Positions 23,601-35,600 of a stretch of 64,000 bases of DNA are shown here, in pieces (the first letter of the stretch is position 1; every line of letters begins with the position of its first letter). Source of the stretch: Chiloscyllium plagiosum (Eukaryota); contig NC_057719.1 of NCBI RefSeq assembly GCF_004010195.1, positions 38,376,758 through 38,440,757 on the forward strand, in the 5' to 3' direction. The position numbers were made by a program, and so were the translations under genes. The notes below the pieces were generated by a model. That model had not been told where the DNA came from. It did no database searches and was given only the letters and a program-made list of their open reading frames with translations.

Positions 23601-26600
23601 AAATTTGAATTAGGCCAATCAGTTTAAATTATACCCCCCCAAAATACTAAATCCAATCAAGTTTGAATTGAGTATATTGACAATATTACAGGCCAATGAC
23701 ACAATCCAATGCTTTGGGTGTATAAGACCAGGAAAAACTGAACAGTTGGGAGGAGAACTGCCAAAAGACCCACTGATGTAGACTGCTAGTCAGAACTCAC
23801 TGAGAGGTAGCTGTCCAGAGAGGAGTTTGCACAGAAAAAAACATTGACACCAACCTGGCGAGCAAATCTGCAAAGAGATTTGATAGCCGGCTGGTTTTGA
23901 AATTTGAATTTTTCAGTAAATCTTAGTTGGGGGAGTTTATCAGACTGGTATTATAGAAGGGAAAGTAAAAGATAGGATAGAAGAAGTGTTGTAAATAGTT
24001 GTTAATTATTTATTCTCTGTTACACTTTCAAAAATAAAGTTGTTAATTTGTACTTTAAATAATTCTTGCCTCTCAAATTTTCACAGATTACTGCATGGGA
24101 TAAATCTTTTCCGTGTTGCAGGTTTAAATTAAGCAGGAGGGTTTACCTTGTTGTTGTGGTTCTGTTCGCCGAGCTGGAAATTTGTGGTGCAGATATTTCG
24201 ACCCCTGTCTAGGTGACATCCTCAGCGCTTGGGATCCTCCTGTGATCTTTTCTCTGGCATTTATAGTGGTTTGTCTCTGCCGCTTCCGGTTGTCAGTTCC
24301 AGCTGTCCGCTGTAGTGGCCGGTATATTGGGTCCACAAGGTTTACCTTGTGTCATAAAGGTTTGGAGGCTCATTGTCAGGATTTGAACTGGTTTAGACAC
24401 ATTTGAATAGATTTAGGGGTACAAAAATCCCAGTAGATTTAAACACAGCATTACAGCTGTGTTGAGGAGGATATTCCTGGAAATACATCCAGGGAAGCTA
24501 TTTGGATGGAACTGAGAAATAAGAAAGGGATGATCACCTTATTGGGATTGTATTATAGACCACCTAATAGTCAGAGGGAAATTGAGAAACAAACTTGTAA
24601 GGAGATCTCAGCTATCTGTAAGAATAATAAGGTGGTTATGGTAGGGGATTTTAACTTTCCAAGCATAGACTAGGAATACCATAGTCTTAAGGGTTTAGAT
24701 GGAGAGGAATTTGTTAAATGTGTACAAGAAAATTTTCTGATTCAGTATGTGGATGTACCTACTACAGAAGGTGCAAAACTTGACCTTCTCTTGGGAAATA
24801 ATACAGGGCAGGTGACTGAGGTGTCAGTGGGGGAGCACTTTGGGGCCAATGACCATAATTCTATTAGATTTAAAATAGTAATGGAAAAGGATAGGCCAGA
24901 TCTAAAAGTTGAAGTTCTAAATTGGAGAAAGGCCAATTTTGACAGTATTAGGCAAAAACTTTCAAAAGCTGATTGGGGGCAGATTTTCGCAGCAAAGGGA
25001 CGGCTGGAAAATGGGAAGCCTTCAGAAATGAGATAACGAGAGTCCAGAGAAAGTATGTTCCTGTTAGGGTGAAAGGAAAGGCTGGTAGGTATAGGGAATG
25101 CTGGATGACTAAAGAAATTGAGGGTTTGGTTAAGAAAAAGAAGAAAGCATATGTCAGGTATAGACAGGATAGATCGAGTGAATCCTTAGAAGAGTATAAA
25201 GGCAGTAGGAGTATACTTAAGAGGGAAATCAGGAGGGCAAAAAGGGGACATGAGATAGCTTTGGCTAATACAATTAAGGAGAATTAAGATGTTGCCACGG
25301 TTGGAGGATCTGAGCTATGGGGAGAGGTTGAACAGGCTGGGGCTGTTTTCCTTGGAGCATTGGAGGCTGAGGGGTGACCTTATAGAGGTTTACAAAATTA
25401 TGAGGGACATGGATAGGGTAAATAGACAAAGTATTTTCCCTGGGGTGGGGGAGTCCGGAACCCGAGGGCATAGGTTTAGGGTGAGAGGGGAAAGATATAA
25501 AAGGGACCTAAGGGGCAAGATTTTCATGCAGAGGGTGGTACATGTATGGAATGAGCTGCCAGAGGAAGTGGTGGAGGCTGGTACAATTGCAACATTTAAA
25601 AGTCATTTGGATTTGGAGGGATATGGGCTATGTGCTGCCAAGTGGGTCTAGATTGGGTTGGGATATCAGGTTGGCATGGATGGGTTGGACCAAAGCGTCT
25701 GTTTCCATGCTGTACATCTCTATGACTCTTTGACCTGCAGGTTAGTCCTAGATCTTTAAATAAAATATAAGTGAAGCAATTTGCAACTATACAAAACGCT
25801 GGCCACACTTAGAATATTGTGTACAGTTCTGGTCCCCATATTTCGGGAAGGATTTGGAAGCATTGGAAAAGGTGCAGAGGAGATTTACCAGAATGTTGCC
25901 TGGTCTGGAGGGAAGGTCTTATGAGGAAAGGCTGAGAGTCTTGGGTCTGTTCTCATTGGAAAGAAGAAAGCTAAGAGGGGATTTGATAGAGACAAACAAG
26001 ATGATACAAGACATACAAGGATTAGACAGTGAAAGTCTTTTTCCTAGGATGGTGATGTCAGCTTGTACGAGGGGGCATAACTACAAATTGAGGGGTGATA
26101 GATTTAAGACAGATGTCATAAGCAGGTTCTTTATGCAGTGAGTGGTAAGGGCGTGGAATGCCCTGCATGCTAATGTGGTCAATTCAGTCACATTAGGGAG
26201 ATTTAAACAATCCTTAGATAAGCACATGGGTGATTTTGGGATAGTGTAGGAGGACGAGTTGAGAATAGTTCACAGGTCGGCGCAACACCGAGGGCCTGTT
26301 CTGCGTTCTATTTGTTTAATTTCGGTGACTTGTGGTTGACTAAATTAAAAGTGAGAGAAATGACTCTTAAAATTGCTAAAGAGGTTCTGGAATTTGAAGA
26401 TGATTCTCAAATTTGCCAAAAAAGGTTTAGAAGGAAAGAAAAAGGCCATACTTCTTTAATTAGCAAATAAGTTAGATTTGGGTTTAACTAAGGACAAAAA
26501 TAAAGCTGAAATTGTAAGGGAGTTACGCAAGTACTTAGGTGTGTCAGAGAAACAGACAAGTACAATGGAGATAGAAAAACATAAATTACAATTGAAGAAA

Positions 26601-29600
26601 ATGGAGTTAGAAGATAAACAAAGAGAGAGAGGAGAGAAAGAGAAAGAGAGAGAGGAAAAAGAGAGAGAGAAAGTTCTTGGCTGAGCAAAGAGAGAGAGAA
26701 GAAAGGGAGAAAGAAAGAGAGAGAAGAAAGGGAGAGAGAAAGAGAGAGAGAAAAAAACAAAGAGAGAGAAGGTTCTTAACTGAGCAAAAAGTCAGAGAAT
26801 TTGAACTTGAGAAGTAGTGACCTAGTCAGCCAAGTCAAGTTATTAGGATGGAGATTAAAAGAGAAGGTAATTATATATATATATATATAAATATGTCAAA
26901 CTCGGCCACATTTTGATGAGAAAGGTGTTGAAGCCTTCTTTATTTCATTGGCTGGGCAGATAGAGTGTTCTGAGGATTTTTGGGTAATGCTAGTTCAGGC
27001 TAAACAGGTAAGGAGAGCTAGTGAGGTATTTGACGCACTGCCAGGTGAGGTGTCAAGAGATTATGAAGAGGTTAAACAGGTTATTTTAAGTGCTTATGAA
27101 TTGGTACCAGAATCAGTAAGACAGTGGTGCAGAAATACAAAGAAGGAACCAGGTCAGACTTATGTTGAGTTCAAAAGAATTAAACATAGTCATTTTGATC
27201 GATGGGTACGTGCTTTGAAAATAGATAGGACCTTGAGGCTTTAAGAGAGATTATTCTGCTGGAGGAGATTAAAAACTCACTTCCAGAAATGGTAAGAATT
27301 CACATGGAGGAAAAGAAAGTTCAGAAAGTGAGAAGGGCAGCAGAATTGGCAGATGAGTACATGTTGGTGCATAAGGCAAGCTTTCAGCCAGAATTTCGTC
27401 CTGTGGGAGATGGAAGTTGGGAGAAGGGAAGATCCTGCACTACAAAACCAAGAGTAAAGTGCACTGGTAAGAATTTACCACAGGATAAAAAAGAAGCCAA
27501 GAGGGTGGACAGGAGGTGAAAGGCCTCATGTGTTTTCACTGTAATGGAGTGCGACACGGAAAATTACTGTGCTGGTGGGTACAGAAGGGCACTGGGAAAA
27601 AGTGCCTTCACTGCCAGAAAGTGGGACACGTAAAGTCACAGTGCTGAAGGTTAAAGAAAGGCACTGTGGGAAAACATGTGGTAAAAGAAGCTAAGCCACT
27701 GGCATTAGTGAAGGTAGTAAAGGAGACCCCAAGAAGAGCCGAGGAGCTGCAAGAGAGTGCACAGCCTAGGCAGGGGCTGGGTATGGAGTTAGTACCTGAT
27801 CTCTACAAAGAATTCACTTCTGTAGGTGAAGTTTAGTGAGAAAGAACAGGGGGACAAGGACAAGAAGTTATAATTTTGAGAGATACAGGATCTAACTGAT
27901 AGTAAGGGATTAGCGAATACGCACTCTTTCTGATCAGTTACCCGAGAGTGTGGTAATTTGTGGGATAAGTGGACAGAAATTTAGCATTCCCCTATGTAAG
28001 ATCAGGTTGGAGTGCCAGCTCAAGACTGGGGAAGTTACAGTGGGAGTGATTGACAGAGTGTCAGTTCCAGGAATTCAGTTTGTTCTTGGGAATGATTTGG
28101 CAGGATCCAAGGAAGGAGTGACACCCCTTGTTGTGGAGAACCCCAAGGAAGACCAAGAAACTGAGGAGTTAAATCAGAAATATTCTGATATTTTCCCAGA
28201 CTGTGTAGTAACCAGATCCCACTATCATAAGTCACAGCACAAAGTGAAAAGTGAAGAGAAAGATGAAAGGAGTTGAGGTTCATTAGCGGATATCCTGTTT
28301 GACATAATGGTGCAGAAAACCCTGAACAGGCAGAGGGTCAGACAGAAGTGTTTAGTCCTGAAAGGCTAAGGGACTTGCAAAAGCAAGACAAAACAATAAA
28401 AGATGTATATGTGGATGTGTACTCCAAAAAGAAGGCAGAGAATATTCCTGAGAGTTATTATCTGAAAGATAGAATCCTAAGATGGAAATGGAGACCACGG
28501 CAGGTTAGTGCAGAGGAGAAAAGGCTGAAGTGTACCAGATTGTGTTGCCAGTAGCACACAGACAGGAGGCGTTACGGGTAGCACAACAAGGGGTGTCACT
28601 CCTACCTTGGACCCTGCCAAATCCTATGAAAGACTCAGACTAAGGTACATTTTTATTGGCTTATAATGCACAAGGATGTGGTTAATTTTTGATGTACGTG
28701 CCACACATGCCAAATGGTAGTTAAGCCACAGGTGGTAATAAAACCTTTGTTGCCAATGCCCACATTTGAAGAACCTTTCACACGGGTTATAATTGATTGT
28801 GTGGGTCCCCTCCCGAGAACTAAAAGTGGGAACCAATCCTTGTTAACCATAATGGATGTGTCTACCAGATTTCTGGAGGCAATTCCATTACGGAGTATCA
28901 AGGCAAAAAGGGCAGTAGAGGAGTTAGTAGCTTTCTTCACACAGTATGGGCTACCCAGAGAGATTCAGTCAGACCAAGAGTCAAATTTTACTGCTAGGCT
29001 GTTTAAGGAGGTTGTGGATAGCTTAGATATACAGCACTTTAAATCCATTGCGTATCATCATGTATCCCAGGGAGCTTTAGAAAGTTGGCATCAGACCTTG
29101 AAGACCATGTTGAGACCATGCTGTTAGGATTACTCAAATGATTGGAATAAAGATATACCATTCGTATTGTTTGCCATTGGAGATGCCCCAAATGAATCTA
29201 CTCAGTTCACTCCCTTTGAGTTAATATTCTGGCATGAAGTGAGTGGCCTTTTGAAATTAATTGTAGAAAAATTGACAGGACCAAAGTTGGAGATCTTACA
29301 CTTAGATTATGTATCAGAGCTGAGGGAGAGACTAAATAGAGTAGGTGAGTTAGCTAAACAGCACCTAAAAAGGGCACAGTATAGAATGAAGCAGGTGGCA
29401 GATAAAAGCTCTGAGACTCTGACGTTTTCCCGAGGGGATGACTTGTTAGTACTGTTACCAGTGATAGGGGATCCCTTCAAAGCCAAGTGTAGTGGTCCCT
29501 AACAAATTGAGAAAAAGTTGAGTCAGGTGAACTATCTAGTAAAGATGTCAGATAGCAAAAAAAGTATCAGTTATGTCATGTGAACATGTTGACACTATTA

Positions 29601-32600
29601 TACTAGAGAGAAAGAACTGGAGAAACAGGTGTTAGTTACTGCGCCGCAGAGAGAGGAATCAAATCCAGATAATGTGGATTTTGATGTGCCTCAAAATAGA
29701 TTAAAAAATGAAGAAGTCCTTCAGGAGTGGGACAGGTTAGTAAGCTATATATCTCAGGAGTAAAGAACACAGTTGCAAGATTTGTTACTGCAGTATAAGG
29801 ACATATTTAAGAATCAGATGGGGAAGACTAATGCTATTGTACATGAAGTAGACATAGAGAATACTGCTCCAAAAAAAAACCCTATCGGCTTAATCCTCTC
29901 AAAGCCAGACAGGTCCAGATGGAGGTGGAGGCCATGCTCGATGAGGACATCATCAAACCAAGCCAGAGCGAGTGGAGTTTGTCGGATTGTCTTAGTTCCC
30001 AAACTGGACAGGACTCAATGATTCTGCGTAGATTATTGGAAGGTCAACGTTGTTACAAAATCAGACTCATATCCAATTCCTAGATTGGAGCACAGTATCA
30101 AGAAAGTTGGAAAAGCCAGTTACATCACCAAGTGGGACTTGAAGTGTGGTTACTGGCAGGTACCTTTATCAGAGACAGCGAAAAATGTCTGCATTTGTAA
30201 CTCCAACTGGGCTATATCAATTTAAAGTGATGCCCTTTGGAATGAAGAACACACCCGCCACATTCCATGAACAGGGTTGTGGCTGGGTTAACAAATGTGC
30301 AGTCTATTTGGATGATGTAGTGATCTTTAGTAAGTCCTGGAAAGATCCATGGTACAGTTGGCAGAGCTCTTTGAATGACTACGAGAATCAAAACTGGTGA
30401 CAAACGTAAATAAAACTGAATTCGCGAAAGCAGAGGTTACATTCTTTGGACATAACACCGGTCATGGAAGGTTGACCCCATGGAATGCAAAGACGAAGGC
30501 TATCGAGGAATCTCTAAGACAAACCTCAAAGAAAGAGGTACTTCGATTCTTAGGATTCAGCAGATTCTATCGGAAGTTTGTTCCAAACTTCAGCAGTGTA
30601 GTGGCACCGTTAACCAATTTGCCAAAGAAGAACAGAAAGTTTCGGTGGACAGAACAAAACCAGGAGGCATTCAAGCATTTGTAAGCAATATTAACCACCA
30701 AATCAGTTTTAGCTACACCAAACATTTCAAAACCTTTTAAAGTTGCCATCGATGCTAGTGACATTGGAGTTGGGGCTGTACTCCTACAGAAAGATGAGGA
30801 TGGGATTGAACTGCCAGTTGGTTACTTTTCGAAGAAGGTCAACATCCACCAGAGGAAATACTCAACAATCGAAGAACTATTGAGTTTGGTACTGGTCTTA
30901 TAACATTTTCATGTATATGTCATGAACAATGTGTCGGAGATGGTTATGGTCACGAACCACAATCTGCTTACATTCTCAGAGTACTTCAAAGATAAGAATA
31001 TAAGACTATATCATTGGAGTCTTATGATACAGACTTTTAATTTAAAAATCGTACATGTTGCGGATCGTGAGAATGTAATTGCAGATGTGTTATTGCAGAT
31101 TTAACTGATAAATACAAATATAACATCTAAATATAAATATAACATTAAATAAATATAAGGTTTTATATATATATAGTCATATGGAAAGAAGTAAAGATGA
31201 ACTTAGATTAAAGTTATTTGTATGTTAAAGTAATGTGTTTAAAGAACAGAAAAAGGACTGAAGTCATCTTTTCATTATGATGGTTCATCTTTTCTTAAGG
31301 GGGAAGGTATTATGAAGATGTAGGTGTACTGTACTTTTAAGAAAGTTAAAAGCTATCAGAGCTACCTGACAGCACCAAGTGTTCTGAACAAGATATAATG
31401 TGACACGTGATCCAGCAGCTAGGGTAGCTGGTTGCCTGGAGACAGAAACAAATGTGAATTCGGCCAATCAGTTTAAATTATATCCCTTCCCCCCCAAAAA
31501 AAAACAAACTCCAATCAAGTTTGAATTTAGAATATTGACAATAATAAAAGCCAATGACACAATCCAATGCTTTTGGGGTATAAGACCAGGAAAAAATGAG
31601 CAGTTGAGAGCTAGTATTGTAGAAGGGAAAGTAAAAGATAGGTAAGAGGAAGGAGTTGTAAATAGTTGTTATTTAATTATTTTCTGTTATACTTTAAGAA
31701 ATAATGTTGTTAATTTGAACTTTAAATAGTTCTGGCCTCTTGAATTTTCACAGATTACTGCACGGGATAAATCTTTTCCGTGTTGCTATTTAAATTAAGC
31801 AGGAGGGTTTACCCCATTTTGTAAAAGTATATAGCTGAAAATGTGTTGCTGGAAAAGCGCAGCAGGTCAGGCAGCATCCAAGGAGCAGGAGAATCGACGT
31901 TTCGGGCATGAGCCCTTCTTCAGGAATGAGGAAAGTGTGCCAAGCTGGCTAAGATAAAAGGTAGGGAGGAGGGACTTGAGGAAGGGGTGTTGGAAATGCG
32001 ATAGATGGAAGGAGGTAAAGGTGAGGGTGATAGCCTGGAGTGGGGATGGGGGCGGAGAGGTCAGGTTAGGAAGGTGGTGCTGAGTTTGAGGGTTGGGACT
32101 GAGACAAGGTGGGGGGAGGGGAAATGAGGAAACTGGAGAAATCTGAGTTCATCCCTTGTGTTTGGAGGGTTCCTAGGCGGAAGCTGAGGTGCTCTTCCTC
32201 CAGCCGTCGTGTTGCTATGGTCTGGCGATGGAGGAGTCCAAGGACCTGCATGTCCTTGGTGGAGTGGGTGGGGTTGTTGAAGTGTTGAGCCACGGGGTGG
32301 TTGGGTTGATTGGTCCAGGTGTCCCAGAGGTGTTCTCTGAAACGTTCCGCAAGTAGGCAGCCTGTGGAGAAATATGAGTTCATCCCTTGTGGTGGAGAAA
32401 TCTGAGTTCCTGAAGAAGGGCTCATGCCCGAAACGTCGATTCTCCTGCTCCTTGGATGCTGCCTGACCTGCTGCGTTTTTCCAGCAACACATTTTCAGCT
32501 CTGATCTCCAGCATCTGCAGTCCTCACTTTCTCCCGTAAAAGTATAAACCCTAGCTTTGGAAACCTGAGCTCATCACGTGAATCATAGAATCCCTATAGT

Positions 32601-35600
32601 GTGGAAGCAGGCCATTTGACCCATCAGGTCCACACTGACCCTCTGAAGAGCATCCTATCCAGACCCCCTATCCTATCCCTTTAACTTTGCATTCTTCATG
32701 GCTAATCCACCTAACCAACACATTCCTGGACACTGTATCAGTTTATCATTGCCAATCCACCTAACCTGCGCATCTTTGGAACTGTGGGAAGAAACTGGAC
32801 CACCCAAAGCAAGCTCACACAAACAGAGGGAAAATGTGCAAACTCCATGCAGACTGTTGCGCAAGGGTGGAATCAAACCCAGGTCCCTGGCACTGTGAGG
32901 GAGCAGTGCTGACCACTGAGCCACCGTGACATGCCATATCTGCCACTTATTACTTTCTCAGAGAAGTGAATGGACAATGTTTGGGTTTCCTGACTCCTGA
33001 GGCAATGTCAGAGGAGTATGGGTGACAAGGTAGACTGGCCAGAGGGTCTATCTCCTTTTGCTGGAACATAGGCCCTGTTCTCCACATCATTCTTATGCCA
33101 CCTCACTCTCAACCTTACTCCTCATGTATCTGTCTATTCTGCCTCATACCAGCAGCACTCACTCTGCCATGTCCCTATCAGCAGTGCTAGGCACATGTGA
33201 ACTTGATGTCCTGCTGAGTTGGGAAGCCATTGTACTGTGTACTTACTGCTGTAATACATATTGTTTCCATTCAATTTAACAGACAGCTCAAAGTTTGTGC
33301 CATTATTACGAACAGGCACAAATTAATCGCACTTTAAGATCCCTACACTCAATTACCAGCTTCATCTAATCACCTGACTTTATTTTAATGACCCTGAATA
33401 CTCCACAACGTTAAGAAAGAACAGTTTTATTCTTCAATCATTGCTGTGGAAAAACAAAGAGTGTAACCTCTCAAAATGTGGTGCACCTTTCCCAACACAA
33501 TCCCAAAATGTTTATTCTTGTAGTCAAAAAGGAACAATGCATTTCAAAAGTAAAATACTGTTCTGACTGTGCCTGGTGTGTTTGAATGCAGGGGCCATAT
33601 TGGGAATCACAAATGCTAAACTTCAGGAAAGCACCAACAGTGAACAACAGGAGGAGAGAAATATGAATGATGGAGAGATCATGGGGATGGTGGTCGGTGT
33701 TTCCATTACTGTCCTGTTATTTGGAAGCTTGTTATACCTCATCATTTTGGAAAGAATAAGGTGAAATGAAATTCTTATGGAATAGCAGAAATTTACAAAT
33801 GTTCAATTTGAATTCAGGAAAAAATATTGTGCTGTTGCCATTAGATTGCTTTTAACAAAGCATTCAAAAACTTCTAAATGTTATCACATTTGGGGTAGAA
33901 TTTGCACTTCTTAGGCTAAACCAGAAGTCGCATTCGGTCAGGTTATAGTCCACCAGGTTTATTTGAAATCACAAGCTTTCGAAGCGTTGTTCTTATATCA
34001 CTTCACCTGATGAAGGAGTAGCGCGCCATAACCTGGTGTCATGTGACTTCTGACTTTGTCCACCCGAATCCAACACCGGCACCTCCACATCATAGACCAA
34101 ACCAGGTGGAATCAGCCAAACTAGTGAAAAACAGGTGATTGCTCTGCTATTTCTGTTGACAGAAAAGTAATATCTTCTAAAATCTATGTCCTGATGGTTG
34201 CACTGGAGGTCAATGTTAGGGGCAGGGGCTTACAGTTGTTTTAATGCCTGAGTGTGTTGGAACTGAATGTGTATACATTATTGATGTTCACTGGCTGATG
34301 TGAAAATTCAGTGTCCATAGTTCTTCCAAGCAAACTCTTCTCCAAATGTGTTCCTCATTCATTTGTCTTGAATTCTCCCTCTGCTTTTGGGTAACTTGAT
34401 GATGCCTCAAAGCTCTGTGTTATGTTTGCTGCAATTCGCACCTTTCACTTCCAAAAATTAACAAATATGAAAACTTTCAAATATGATGACCTTATTTTAA
34501 TTGGAATTCTTTCCAACCTTGTTACTTTTAGGACGATCCTTGAAGAGACTTGTTTTAGGAGTAGAATATGTTCTAACCAGTGTCTCTACAGATTGTAATG
34601 CTATTCAAAATGGTGGTTTGGGAGATAATTAACCTGCTCATGTTGTTGAAATGCTGTCTGGTGCAGCCTGCATAGTTTACATGGTGACATTTGTGAGCAA
34701 TTTTATATATTCTTTAAACAATTTTTAAAAAACTTTTAATGGATGTTAATTTTAACTTAAGATGGATCTAAAATTTCTGAAAAGTTGGTAGATCAACTCA
34801 GCAAAGTAGCTCCCACTTTAATAGGGTTTCAATCTGGCAACTGGCCAACTGGGGTGTAGGGGAAAATGAAATTGGTCCCATAACAATTATTTCATCACCA
34901 TTATTCAGTGACTTACTGGATTGTACCCCACAGTCATAGAGCCATAGTGTCATACAGCATGGAAACAGACCCTTCTGTTCAACTAGTCCACACTGACCAC
35001 GTTCCCAAACTAAACTAGTCTCACTTTGCATTTAGCCTATATCCCTCCGAACCTTTGCAATTCATGTAATTATCCAAATATCTTTTAAATGTTGGAACTG
35101 CATCTACCATTTCCTCTGTAGTTTATTCCAGTTCATGAATGACTCTCTATGGAAAAGACTCTTGCTATTCAGCTGATCTAAGTCCCCCATGATTTTATAA
35201 ACTTCAATAAGGTCATCTCTCATCTTCCAACGCCCCAGTGAAACAAGTCCCAGCCTATCCAGTCTACTTTTAGAATTCAAAGCCTCCGTTTCTGGCAACA
35301 TGATGGTGAATCTTTTCTGAACGTTCTCCAAATTAATTATATCCTTCCTATAGCAGGGTGACCAGAAATGCACACAGTACTCCCGAAGAGGCCTCACCAA
35401 CATCCTGTACAACCTCATCATGAAATCCCAACTCCTGCATTCAAATGTCTGAGCAATGAAGGCAAGCGTCCTTTAAATTGCAAGGTCTAGACGTTGAACA
35501 CAGATGAGGAATTGTTTGTCTAACGCAGTCTTATCTCATTGGAGGGAGATTTTTGTAAGCTCTTGTAAAGTACAGTAGTCACTGCTTCTTTATCAGAACG

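Larger units (their letters stand above)
23459..31826 (+). mobile_element. Gmr1-like Ty3/Gypsy LTR retrotransposon (gag-PR-IN-RT-RH), decayed, AMN intron 9
   Basis: Two LTRs, 4-bp TSD GTAT (23455-58, 31827-30), PBS, PPT; gag from ~26360, two CCHC knuckles (27531, 27603), ILRDTGS (27873), IN core (28714-29127), YLDD (30305), [11 protein letters not shown] (30751). Confidence 0.93.
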
